A DNA stretch of 64,000 bases from Paraspadella gotoi (GCA_051294375.1 CM119264.1:5417197-5481196), one strand, 5' to 3'; shown: positions 24,442 through 38,113, counted from the stretch's first letter. Numbers and translations are program-made. Notes: generated by a model from the sequence alone, not told the origin.

Positions 24442-27400
24442 TCTCTCTCTCTCTCTCTCTCCCTCTCCCTCTCTCTCTCTCTCTTCTCTCTTCGCCTTTG
24501 AATTTGACGTTTTCGGAGAGATTTTCTAAGACTAGTGTATCAGTGGATTCAGTTTTCAAAAAACGTTCACACAAGTGCCACACATATATATACTTTAATT
24601 TAAAAACCTTTTATTCGATTTTGAAATTCTCAAATTGAGAGGATCCGGTCGATTTTATCTGCTCCTAAATTATGCAAAATTAGCTTACGATCGAATTTGG
24701 TCACGAAACGATGACGCTCTTTATTCGCGTAATTTTAAACGTTTTATTATTTTAATATTAATAAATAATTTGAATTTATTACGTTTTAGAATATATTTTT
24801 AAATATAAATAATTTATGGTATTTATATAATATAAATAAGACAAAATGCAATTAAATGAGATTTGAAATGCTTCTTTTCTTACCAAAAATGAAGAATCAA
24901 AGATTTTTTGCATAAATTAAAAATATTAACTATTATTGCTTGTTAAGTCCTGTATTACATATAATATAATATAATTGTATATAAATTGTATAACATTTCA
25001 TTCGTTGTAAGTCTACTACTTATACGTGCTTTAAAATAGGTAAAATATGTGAAAAACTGAATAACAAAGATTAAATAACCAATTAAAAGTAAAATTTAAA
25101 AAAAAATATTAATACTAATATTAATATTAGTTATTTCAATAATTTAAATATAATGATTAAAAAATTATTTAAAAATTACTGCAAGAAGAATTTAAAATTA
25201 TTTTAAAATATAATGAAATATTTTTCTATATTTTTAAAGAATTTTTGTCAACTAGGTGTCATAGGATGTACCCACGTAGGAATACGTGGAGTACGTGGGC
25301 GGAATACTATGGTGCAATTGTATGTGGCCCAATGCTACATGGGTGCAATTCCTAGGGGCGCAATATTTATGGGTCCAATATTAACGTGCGGCCACAATCA
25401 CTTGTACCACCGTTTATACATTAGAGGATAAGTGAAAAGGATCCATTCAATATCATAATCAATGATTTAAGATATATGTTTGAAATGATCAGAAAGAAAA
25501 TTAAATACGATCTAATTAATATTACTAAATTTTGGAATGCAAATACATAGATTGGAGATTGTAGATTGACGATTGGATCCTTTTTGTGTTGAGCAACATT
25601 GAACCGGGACTCATTTTTTGATATGGCTATAAATACTGTCTCTATTAATTTGTTATTTTAGGATCATAATCAAAACCTATCTTCATTTAGTAAAAGAACA
25701 GAGAATTTTGTGAGAGGGAAAACTTAACTTCCAAGATTTTAAAGAATGCTTTTGTTTTATTAAGTTTTTAATCAAAACATGTCAATAGTTATAAAATAAT
25801 CGAACCTATTGTAGCTGTAATATGATTAGATTCTTGTTAATTCTCAATCAACAAATGAAAAATGAGTAACCAAATTTATGATTAAACGAATATGATTAAT
25901 TGATAAATTTTAATTGTTAACAACACGATGGAAGGCTACAATTTAGTTGAAATGTCCATTTTATGTAAAACATATGTCGTTATTGTTAACCATTAAAAGT
26001 TTATTATTTCGTCTCTAAATAAGACACAAATAAAATAATAATACAAGACTTAAAACTAAAAAAAATCCGAGATAATTTTTTATATTGAAAAGAAAATTTT
26101 GGACTATGGATGCTCGAAACCCTCATTCAATCCTTAATTATTGGCCTCATTAATAGTTTAAAAAGGAACTATAGTACATAGGAAAAAGACTTATGAAATA
26201 ATATAATGTTTAGAAGAGGGGATTAAAATTGTAATCAAATCAATCCGTTTTAAGATTATGTTTATTGTATAATATTGTCATTGTTAAAATTCATCTTTAG
26301 TAAATATATTCATAATGTTATTGTATTATCATTTTTACTAGTATAGATCATATTTATATTATTTCTCTTTAAATATTGTTCAGAACTGAATTTCAGGTAC
26401 AGCAAAACAAAAATAGCGATTAATTTCTAAAATGTTTCTATAAAAAAAACAGAAAAACTATTAAAAATTCACAACATGCAGCTACTAAAACTTATAAAAT
26501 TATTAACATTATGAAATTATTATAAAACATAAGAAATATTTTTTAAATACATATGTATTAAAAACTAAACTCATCGTCGATTTCACAGGGAAGAGAGATG
26601 CTCTTTTTATGAAAAATTCGCGATATCCGCCAGGTTCGCTTAGGTACTCTATTGTCTTTTGGACCTTGCTACCGGTCTTAACATAAAAATACTAAATGGA
26701 CGTATTCGATCTCGGGATCTCTTATTTCGATGCATTTAAACTAAATATGTTTTGTGTACGGAAAATTAGTTTATTATACTTGTGCTGATTAAGTGGCAAA
26801 CGTTTTATGAACTCGATGTACTTATATTATAACTTTTGGGTGATCTCTAGACAGCTTAGCTTGCCTCTGCCACCTTCGATTCCACTATCCCAGCCTCGAG
26901 GTTTAACCTCGCCCTTCTTTAGAAATGAGCTCAGGTTTTTTTTTCCGTGTTAAAGTATTTTTTACTCGCAAATTATTAATTTTACTACCGGTGAGCTGCA
27001 AGTTTATGCGTACGGTTCGGCCGGCTGGGGCGAACAATCCATTTATATTTAAACAATCAATACATGAATTAAATACTCATCTCATCAGTTGCTAGTATTT
27101 TTAAATTAATCACTTTCTATTCATCTACGACAATATCAATTAAGACGACAAACTCCACAAAGTAAAAAAATAAACGTTCCTCTATCATTACATACAACAA
27201 ACAAAAACAACAACACGAACCACAACACAATACCTTTGGCGCGACGAGTGCGTAAGTGGAGAACTTTGTCGGGACTCTGCGGTACGGAAGCGGCCGACTT
27301 GGATTCCGAGTCAGGGGATACTGTGCCGCCAGCAGAAATCTCGGCTCACTCTCACAAATCGCCGACGATTTTCTCTTTCGCGCGACGGAAAATAGCTGGA

Positions 27401-30400
27401 AAGAGAAGAAAATTTTTACGTTTCATATTTGATGTTGAGTGCTTGAGTCAATTGTAATGTCTCAAGAAGAAAATGTTCTGTATCTATTCAATCAACTGAG
27501 AATGATGGCATAGATAACTAGAGGCCAGATCCTAAATAGTTAAATACCTGAAGTATTATCAGTTGTTTTTTTGTAGCGATATCTACGCTCTCTCTGACTA
27601 CACAAATAGAGGTTGTTAGGTTGCAGATTTAGGACTCAAGTTATAATTTATCTCCTAGGAACATTCTAATCGTTGATGCAATTACTTAGTAGTTACTGAA
27701 ATATAGTATTACTTAATACTTTAACTCATAGTCCATAAGATATGGTACTTTTTCATAAGTAGGGAGAATCAATTCAAATAAGATCGAGTGGCACCAAAAA
27801 AGGAGATCGGAAACGGGAAAACTCGCGGTAACCAGGTGATTTGTTTTTATTCAGCATTCTTTTCAACTTGGGTCATCGTGCGCTCTGAGTTTGACGATTG
27901 ACTTGTTACATTCCGGGACATCGGAGAAGAAGAGAAGGAAAAAAAAGATGTCTATGTCCCTAGATTTCAGGTGAGCCATGCGAGGAAAGGCGAGAGTCCA
28001 GAGTAAGGGCGAGGAGTGGTAAGTCTTTCGTGGGCGATAGGTGGACGTGTTGTGATGGGCGGCATTCATGGACTGAAAAAAATGAAGGACACACATCAGG
28101 AAAGTAGCGATAGACAGTCATACTTTGTTTTTTTTTTCATGTTGACAAGTTTGTTAAAAAAAAATTTATTTACCACTGATTAAAGTTGAACCGTGGAAGT
28201 GTTTTGATTAAATGTTTCATTGTTTATCTTAGTGACTGAGCTGTATTGTATTATAATAATGAATCATTTTTCTTTTGTGGATACCAATTTCATACAATTT
28301 ATAATCCTTCTTTGCCGAAAATCCTTTTTTCTTGTCGAGTAGTATGGTCATGTCACGGGCCGATTAACATTGCCCATTAGTCATTTTCTGGGACAGATGC
28401 CTATATTTTCCTTGTCCCTTTTCATCAACTCGCTCATCCTTCGAAACTTCCCTCTTCCCTAACTATTCACTTAGCGTTACCCACCCCCAACCATACTACC
28501 CACCCCCCACCCCACCCCTCACCTTCGTCGACGCATGCGGAATGGAAATTTTTGGCGGAAAAGAATCGATGTGAACTATTAGGTGTGAGTCTGAAGCGGA
28601 AACACGAGAGTCCCGTCTGGAGTGAGAAATCGATTTCAGATCTTTTTTTTGTGGGAGGAAAAGAGCTTTTTTTCCTCTTAAAAAGTCGCTGGTAAGTGAT
28701 TAATATATTTACTCTCTCTCTCTCTCTCTCTCTCTCCTCTTCTCATCTCTCTCTCATCTCTCTTCTCTATCTCTACTCTCTTCTCTCCTCTCTCTCTCTC
28801 GTCAATCGTCTCACCACGTCAATATCTTTTTCCCATTGCGAAGTCCGTTATCGATTATCACTTAAAGTCAAGTTTGTGAGGTTTTAATTTCATTACCGAC
28901 GGTAGATTTGGAAACTGGTAAAAGCAAAAGATACAAATCATTCACGGTGTTTAAGTATTTCCTATCGTATATGTACAATTTGCCAGGTAGTAGGTAAAAA
29001 AAGCAATCGATGAATCACTCGGATCAAAGACTGGAAATTACTAATACTATATCTATTTTTCCTCAATGTACCAATTATACCCCACTAACTCCCCCCCACG
29101 TAACCCAAAACTCACGTTGGAATCGTTGAGCGTTATCACGCGTTCGTACGCTTCTTCCTGTCGCGGTTTCGTCGCCGATTCCTATTTCGTGTTTTGTTTT
29201 TTTGTTCACTATTGTTTTGTTTTTCTTGGGGGGAGTAGGATGTCTATTAGAGGTCAGATTCGCCGACGTGGATTGCACCTTGGGTCAATTCCGGCCGAGT
29301 TGCGTGCGAATCACGGACGGTATTCGCCATGCAAAGCGTGGCGAATCGTTGGAATTATTTTTCGAGGCAGAGTAAGTTTGGTTTGTCGGTGAAGACAGTG
29401 GACAGCGTAATAGATCGGTTAAATGTTCCTGCGTAGAAAAAAGAAAAGAAAATCGATTAATCAGTGTTTTATAATTACGTTCCGTCGGTTCGTTGTTGTT
29501 GTGAGTCGTTATCGTTTTTTATGTGGTTGTGGTTTCCTCTTCATGTGTTTGATCAATCAGTTGTTTCGCTCAATGCGATTACTAGCAACTTGTCTAAGAT
29601 TTGACAACGGATTTTTGTCTTCACCAAAAAAAAAAAAAATATGGCACGTGGAACTACAATTCACAAAGTTTGATAATAATTTTACGTCTCTCGCAATTTG
29701 AAACGCAACTCTTTCGACGACCGAGATATGTGAAACTACGTTTCAATGCAAGCCCAATCCCCAATGCTTCACATGCTTCCTAATGCCTCTTCCTCTCTGT
29801 CCCCGTGTCACATTCAGCTTAATGGAGAATTTTCTTTTCGTCAAATCCCCTCGCATCAATCAATACCTTCGACGCCCCTAAGCGAACTCGCCGACTGTTG
29901 CCGACTTTGGCGACTCTGCTGATCAATGTTGATGTTACTCATTCGATTGAACGTACATTTATCTGATCGTCGCATATCTGTGTCATGAGGGAGATAAGGG
30001 AGAGTAGGAGAGAGAGAGAGAGAGAGAGGACGAAGAGAGAGAGATGAGAGAGAGAGGAGAGAGAGGAGATCTCTCTCCTTTTTTTTCTACTCATTTGCTT
30101 CCCCCGATCGTCGGTCTCGGTCGGTAGCGAAGCAGGCTGGCGCAGGGCCCGGGCCGGCCGGGCCGGGCAGGGCGNNNNNNNNNNNNNNNNNNNNNNNNNG
30201 CCCCCGCCGCGAAGCCCATTACTTTAAATGCTTGGTTATTTAGTGCATAACAAGTGAATGAAGAAATGATGAAGTCTGAGTCACTCCGTTTATCGTTCCC
30301 GCGAGGAAAATCAAAATAATGTCGTTTCTCATTCGCCCCGAGGAGAAAGGAGGGGCGAGGGGAAAAGGGGAGGGAAAAAAAAGGAAATGAAAGGGAAAAA

Positions 30401-31782
30401 AAGTAAGGAAAGGGTGAATGGGTGGAGGAGGGGGAACGAGCCGATTGTCGGGACCCATCGTCGTGAAAAGAAGTGAAATTTCTCTGGGATGATTCGAAGG
30501 AATTATCTCGAAATTAGTTTTCGAACGAGATTCCGGGACGAGGTTTTTTTTTCTCCGGCGACTGAGAGTAGTTTAGTTGATTTTGAGATGTTTGGGTTTT
30601 GACTCAACTGTGTCGACTTTTGTTTAAGTCTTTGATTGAAGCGCTGAGTGGATGCTAGAGTGTTTGAAAGTAGCTGCATATCAGACACTTGGACGTCCGT
30701 ACTGCCGAATTGCTGTGTTAATTGTACTATATCAGTCCACTCTGTATGATATATGGTGACTGCTGATAAAGATAAAGAAAAATATTGTCATTTAAATCTC
30801 ATCTATCTAACTTACCATGAATATAGATCTCGCAATGTTGTAAACAGTACAATGATGTTGGGACAACCAGCTGAATTGGCTAGTCTAGTCGGATTGCGCA
30901 GTCGATTTGCTCTGGCTCCGGAATCGATTTGGATTTTTAACGGCAGCGCAGTTAGACGTCGCTCTTGCGCCAATAAGATGCTCGTCTGCAAACCTTTTTT
31001 CCATCGAGGTCTTGCGCAATGAATCTCTGCACAATCAAATGTATGTTTTAAAGCAACATTATCCTAATTACTTTTTAACATGTTTTGGTTTTCCATTATT
31101 TATTTATTTTTTTTAACTTTAATAAGCAGCGGACTTCTGTGCATTTCTGAATCTATCCAATTCAATTTAGTTCTAAAATTTTCTAATCCCTAATCAATAG
31201 AGTGATGTGAAAATGATAAAATAATAGAAAATTAAAATTTAGCATATAAAACATTTTAACCTACTTAATGACATAATTTTGAAAATAGTTTATATTTTTT
31301 TTACTACTATGCCCAAGTAAACACAATCGCAAAAGAAGGAAATTCGCTATTTTTTTATAACTTTTTACTAGGAATCTGAATCTGTTCTCAATAAATTAAT
31401 AAAACATTTTGAAATTTTTACATTATATAAGGGTAGTTACTATATACAAAATAAGCTGATGGGCTATAAATATTAATTGTAAAAAAAAAATAACATCGAT
31501 GTAGTATTCACTAATATGAGTAGTATTCAAGAATATAACTTCTAAATTTTGATTCCAAACTTTCGACTCACCTACTGATCAATCCGGTCAGCTCGCCAAT
31601 TGCTAAAACATTTCGTTAAAAAACAGCTACAAATTAGGGCTGACGTCGAGCAGATTTTTTTGGGGTCGAATTAGTCTCACTAAAAGTCCGGAGACTTCAA
31701 CCATAAGGTTGACATCCATTTCCCTTTCCTCGCATCCGTTTCTTCTCCCTATTTTTTCCGGTCGTTTCCTATGGGGCTTATT

Positions 31783-31823
<41 letters not shown>

Positions 31824-32130
31824 ATCTCTCTCCCCGTTCTCCGGCGTCAATGTTACTCTGATGAGAACTCAATTAAATGTTTATGGTTTTTTCCCCTTCG
31901 AAGTGTTGTTTCCCGGTCGCTGTCGCGGTTGCAGCTTTTGTCTAACGGTGCGGCTGCTACGCGCAATTGCAGCTGTTTCTGCTGTTTTTTTTCGTTTTTT
32001 TGTTTTGTTTTTTAGTTAGCTTTTGCCCGCTACACTTGGAAGAAGTGAGAAAAAGTTACCGCAGACGCTTACTAATTACCAAATTAATAACTGCAGCTGT
32101 CGTAATTTTAGGCTGCATTTCGTGTAGCAG
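23540..32130. repeat. Copy B of the inverted duplication, with altered block order and a 2.3-kb extra insertion
   Basis: Direct reverse-complement matches to 14.7-21.6 kb, e.g. 29930-29990 vs 14740-14800 and 30330-30520 vs 20760-20950. Confidence 0.92.
24532..26851. mobile_element. ~2.3-kb AT-rich insertion, probable degenerate DNA transposon
   Basis: Absent from copy A, whose empty site reads GCTAAGCTG|TCTTAGAAA at ~17855. Flanked by TCTAAGAC / TCTAGAC (possible 8-bp TSD with one indel); contains 15-bp periodic repeats at 25292-25385. Confidence 0.65.
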
Positions 32131-33249
32131 CTGTTATTTTTTTCTTGCAGCCCTTTCTTCGCGTCACGTTCCGGCTTCGGCCACGGAGCGTCGGAGCCGA
32201 GGCGGCGAGGGAGAGAAAACTTCCCACGCAAACTCATTTGCATATTTGCCCCATTTTTTATCACCCGCAAATCGTCAATAATTCATGGGGGAGGCTTATG
32301 GCCCGCGGAGGATTTCGACTGGAGACGAGAGACGCATCCCTCCTTTTTTCTAGTCACGAGGCGTTCAAGTTATTTTTTTAAGACGCGCTCGTCGATCGGT
32401 TCGGTCAGAACTTCTATAACGTTTCTTTCGTCGGTCTGTCAGTAATCGTCCGCTTTTTAAAGCCGAAGTGGTTTATTTTCTACGCGCGGAAAAAATGGCT
32501 TTAAAGTTTAGTGATGATTGAACTTTCGAGGGAAAACGTTTTTAGTTTGTTTCTCATACGTTGGACTACTTTTTGATTTTCGGCGGCTTTCAGAAAATTT
32601 AACAAATTATAAATGCATAATAAACAAAAACGTTTTTACTCCTCACTACTTCTCGTTCTGTTCTTTCCGAGTTTGATACGGTTTTATTTTCTGTTTGCTA
32701 TTCAAACAAGAACAGAACAAATCTTTTTCCCACCGATATCTAAATATCGTAATTCTACCCTATTTCGCAAATATTTTTGCACCGTTTTTTTGTCTATTAG
32801 ATTTGATTTATTGTATTATGTTATCTGAATAAATCTTGATCTCATCATTTTCTCTTCTGTCTGTGTCATGCGCCATCTGACAACTTTACTCTTATTGTTA
32901 TATATTTATATACGTAATTTATGGAACGTTATCAAAAGATTTATTTCTGGGAATTCTTTTTAAGCTTGTACAGGTCAAGAGGAACCTTGAGACTCACCGC
33001 ATTGCATGACGGCAGTAACACGTGTTTTAATAAGGATATAATAAATCTATATAACAACGAAGTTCGAAACGCCAAAAGTCCGAAAGAACGACCAATTACA
33101 TTTTCGTATACTATCATAAACAATTCAAATCAAGTTGACGCAAAGAATACTGGCAAAACTTACCATTAAAAAAGCTGAGAGCCCCCAAATGCATCGTAAT
33201 CAATTAAAACGTTTTTTTTTTGTCTTTTTTAATTCTTTGCCGCTCTAAA

Positions 33250-36200
33250 ATGAATAGAAGAGACGGAATCAGAATGACGCAAATGGCGCCATATTCCATG
33301 GCATCGTCAACCGCTTCGGCAACGTCGCCAGTTGAGTCGATCGCCGACTTGGAATCGGTCTACTTTACGCCACAAGAACCAATCTCGAGTCAGAAAAAAA
33401 GCGATAAAAGATTAAAGAAAAACTCGGGAAAAGGTAATCAATCAGACAGAGGTGATAATTTGCATAATTTAAATTAGAATTTAGTAGATTTGAGAGTGAG
33501 ATTAAATGAAATAAGAATCTCGTTTCAATGGAGACTGCTTGTATCTGTGGATAAGGAGCTTAGTGAGCTGAAGAGTCCTCTGCGCAACTTCTTTAATACT
33601 CTCCAGCAGCAATAGAACGGGTCCTGGGCTTGGAACCAGGCCTGAGGTCCCCAAGGCGGTTTACGGGCATCCTCATACTTCCCGCAGGGTAGGTACCTAA
33701 TGGTCATGAGCTTATGGTTTTACTCAATGAGCCACTGGGTCACGAATGAATATTGAATGGTGTGGTGTTCCATAACGTGCTGATATTGAGGCTTTGGACC
33801 ATCCTTCCATGGGCTTGTTTAATCTGACTATGTCATGCTTGCCTGTGTACTGCAGTGTGTAGCTTTAAACAAAATAAGGATCGATTATTTGTATTCATTA
33901 TTCATAATTATTGGCTAAATCAATAATAGGTAGTGAATCAGAGAATGGAGAGAGCATAGGGCGCATGAAGCGGTTTTAGTTAACAGCCACCGGATCCCAG
34001 CCAGGAGCATCAGCAATTTCAGCATGAATTCTCAGTTTCGAAAGGATTGTCTAAAAAACAATTGCTTTAAAAGCAATTGTCTATAAAGCTATTGTCTAAA
34101 AGGTAATTGTCTAAAAAGCAGGAATGTTCCATTTGAGCGGGGCGCAAATTCACAAGGCCTTTGGAGTTGTAATGTGATTGATTTACGGGTGGGGTTCCCA
34201 TATATTGCAGTTTTTAGGGGAAACGCATGTAGTTAGAGGGCGCCTTGAGAGTCAAGAGCTTCCTCCATTAATAAATAATTTTAAACTATTTTAAACACAA
34301 TTGTCTCTTTTTTTTTTTCCTTTAAGGGATGGCTTGGAATAACGTCTTCCAAGCTTCTATTTTAATTCTGGGCCTCACTGTAGTAGTTCTACTGTCTATA
34401 AATCTTCATATAAACATGAACTGGCAAAGAAAACACTCTGACACACAGTTGACAAAAGCGCCTTTTGAAAGGTTTAAAGAAGAATCAGTTTCTAAAGTTT
34501 CTAAAAGAAACATCTTCTAAAAGTCTCTTCGGGCAACGATCACAATATCCAATCATGATATCCTCAACAGCGGGGAAGGTGGGATAAGACATAATCTANN
34601 NNNNNNNNNNNNNNNNNNNNNNNNNNNNNNNNNNNNNNNNNNNNNNNNNNNNNNNNNNNNNNNNNNNNNNNNNNNNNNNNNNNNNNNNNNNNNNNNNNNN
34701 NNNNNNNNNNNNNNNNNNNNNNNNNNNNNNNNNNNNNNNNNNNNNNNNNNNNNNNNNNNNNNNNNNNNNNNNNNNNNNNNNNNNNNNNNNNNNNNNNNNN
34801 NNNNNNNNNNNNNNNNNNNNNNNNNNNNNNNNNNNNNNNNNNNNNNNNNNNNNNNNNNNNNNNNNNNNNNNNNNNNNNNNNNNNNNNNNNNNNNNNNNNN
34901 NNNNNNNNNNNNNNNNNNNNNNNNNNNNNNNNNNNNNNNNNNNNNNNNNNNNNNNNNNNNNNNNNNNNNNNNNNNNNNNNNNNNNNNNNNNNNNNNNNNN
35001 NNNNNNNNNNNNNNNNNNNNNNNNNNNNNNNNNNNNNNNNNNNNNNNNNNNNNNNNNNNNNNNNNNNNNNNNNNNNNNNNNNNNNNNNNNNNNNNNNNNN
35101 NNNNNNNNNNNNNNNNNNNNCTGGCAAAGAAAACACTCTGACACACAGTTGACAAAAGCTCTTGAAAGGTTTAAAGAAGAATCAGTTTCTAAAGTTTCTA
35201 AAGAAACATCTTCTAAAGTCTCTTCGGGCAACGATCACAATATCCAATATGATATCCTCAGAGAACTGAAATATATCTCGTCTTTGCTCAACACGGAAGG
35301 TGGGATAAGACATAAATCTACTTTGGCCCCGAACAAACAGGATGAGGAAACCAAGAGCACAAGCGAAATCCTTTCTAACGCCACCTTGGTCACTTTGCAA
35401 GACTTTGTTGAATCATTAAAATCTGAAAGATTTGAAGATTTGAAGGAAGAGTTGAAGGAAGTAAGATCAACGCAAACTAATTCCTCGTCAGTTCAAAGGG
35501 AATCACGATCTTCTTCAATAGAATCGTCATTAATTCTAAAAAAGGCGATTGAAGTATTTAAGAAAGTTTTGACACAAAGTAAGTCAAATTTGTGCAATTC
35601 CACAATGATACAGAATGAAATTTTTCAAGTCCAACTCGCTTTGCTAAAATCAAGGTTGAATTGTCCAAATTTTACTTTTGATAACGTCAAATCCCAATTT
35701 GTTCAATCCAAAGAAAAGTCAATGTTTGAGACTTCAAACAGCACGGTGTTGGAAATCAAGGCAGCGGTGCTGGAAATGATGGACAACCTTTCTTACATTT
35801 CCTCAACATCCAAGGAAACACAGGATGTTCTTTCAGAATCCACAAGTTTGATACGGGAATTAAAATTGACGTTGTCCAATCTCTCATCTACCTTGAGCGA
35901 ATCAAGAATTAAATTTGAAACCAGAGATCCTCCAAAAACTGGCAATGATTTTGTTGACTATTCTTTCCATTACTCCTTCATCAACAAATCCCTGCAATTC
36001 CTCGTTTCAAAGACGGATGCCATCTCCGCAACTCTTGACTCAGTGTACCAAAGATCAGCTCGCCACGACTATCGGAGCCCGAGATTTGTCTGCCCGGACG
36101 GCCGCCGCAAGGACTACGATGCCGTTGGTCCACCGGGATCCTGGAACAAGTGTTATTTTTATAAAAAGGAGCCGCCGATGACTCAAACTGCCGCGAATGA

Positions 36201-37722
36201 ATTTTGCGCATCTATTAACGGGCGTCTGCCAGTTATTGAGAATCTGGAAGAGGAAGAGTTCCTGAGGGGAAAAGTCAATGAAAGTTTCTGGATTGGTGCA
36301 GAGAGAACCGGATCTGAGTGGGAGGGCAAGTGGGTTTGGAACAAGACGTTGCCGAGCCAGAGACCAGCATCACTTGATCAAATGTTCCTGCCAATCGCGA
36401 AAGGGTTTTGGAGTGAGGATGAGACCTTCGATTCTCCCTGTGTCATCCATACAGTCAATGGAGGATGGAATACAACCGGGTGTCAAGGAAAGCGTCGGGT
36501 CATCTGTGAAGCGCAGTCGACAAACGACTTCGTGGTTAAGTCTAAAAACAAAGTTGATGAATATTTAGGCCTCGCTGACCAACCTGATTTTTGCCGAAAA
36601 AAATCCTGTTATTGGATTTCGGGACATCGAGCTTCATGGAAAATGGGAGATGAGATTTGCAAAGCGAAGGGAGGGTTTTTGGCACAGATCGGCGGACCAA
36701 AGGAGAATGAGTTTCTTGCCAAGCGGTTGGCCCATCTGGCGGGAGTTTGGGTGGGAGGGAGATGTGTTGGGAGAGGCGGAGGCGAAGGACAATGTAATTG
36801 GAGTTGGGATCAAGGCCAATATCCCATGAAACACAGCTTCACAGACTGGAATACATTCCCAGTCAATGACGTCCAGAACCGTTGCCTAATTTTTAACTCT
36901 ACCGGAAATCCTTCTCACAACTGGAAATATGACTACTGCCGCAAATGGAAAAATTTTATCTGCGAAGTATCCGAAAAATCAAGAGGCGTCTATCCCAACG
37001 TCACCAACTTGGCGATCGAAAATGTCACGAATTCGGACGACTTCGTCTCACAACCAGCCTGCGTCACTCTTTCAATCCGTCACCCGGCTATAATCATACA
37101 AACCAAAAAGTGTTTCCGCTTTGTTCAGACACAAGTGAATGCGAGGAAAGCTAAATATTTTTGCAACAAAGCATTTTCTGGCAAACTTCCGGACGGGACG
37201 GCACTGATGGCGAATGAGACGTGGTTCGTTGCCGCGGTGAAAACATTTTCAAGCAAAGCCACATGGCGGATCAATGAAATAAAAGGATATCCCAAACGTT
37301 CGTCCACTTTAACGTTAAGAGGAGGCTCTACTATTTTCGAAGGAAACGTGTTTGTGAACGGACGACCAGTTTGTGACGACAGTTGGGATTTGAACGACGC
37401 GAAGGTCGTGTGCAGAGAATTCGGTCTCGATGCCAAGGAAGCTACATACGGGTCAAGATTCGGAGGTGTCCCGGATAATTTTCGAATGGATAACGTTAAA
37501 TGCTCTGGGCAAGAATCGAGGCTGTTGTCTTGTCGGTATGATTCCGATGAAAATTGCGATGCGAGCGAAGGAGCCGGCGTCGTCTGCTATCCACGGCCCG
37601 CCGTGCCCGCGTTTAAGCTGAGTAGTTCTAGAATCGTCACTTCGTCATTGGAAGACTCGACGCCATCTTGGTTCATCTGTCAAGAACCTGACGTCGTTAA
37701 AGTAACGAATGTTGATTCTTAA
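33250..37722 (+). CDS. Type II membrane scavenger-receptor/C-type-lectin protein (~959 aa): cytoplasmic tail, TM, coiled-coil-like stalk, CTLD1 (~36091-36510), CTLD2 (~36592-36966), split CTLD3 containing an SRCR domain (~37309-37590)
   Basis: Exon 1 33250-33433 (phase 1) joins the acceptor at 34327; TM ASILILGLTVVVLLSINL; 34421-34598 is a noisy duplicate of 35121-35320 across the gap, so the ORF continues into the 857-aa ORF. CTLD motifs KCYFY..A..FC...GRL, FWIGA, C..WN..C..VICE; SRCR motifs LRGG...EGNV, VCDDSWDLNDAKVVCRE, MDNVKCSGQESRLLSC, AGVVC. Confidence 0.93.
34046..34120. repeat. Five copies of a 15-bp tandem repeat (ATTGTCTAAAAAGCA)
   Basis: attgtctaaaaaaca attgctttaaaagca attgtctataaagct attgtctaaaaggta attgtctaaaaagca, within intron 1 of the lectin gene. 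Confidence 0.85.
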
Positions 37723-38078
37723 ATCAACGTCGATTGTAGAATACTTATATATATATAGATTTATATTTACTTATACTTTCTTATCTGTACATCGATTTGG
37801 AATTTTTGGGAGCTCAAGATTTTTTCTTTCTCGTATGCCCCTGACTCTGGCTTTTCATTCTGTTAATTAATTACTTGGAATTAAATGAATTTTAATTATT
37901 AATTGACATTTTGAATTATTTTTAGCTCTTTTGAGTGAAAAAAGACGTTTTATAGAAGAAACGTACAAAATTGGCAGAGCCACTTTTTCATAAACTTTTT
38001 TGCATATCTCCTTTTACTTTCTCGCATCAATAGCGACTAGGAAGTTTAGTTTAAACACTCGCTATCTGTATGCATCTG

Positions 38079-38113
<35 letters not shown>

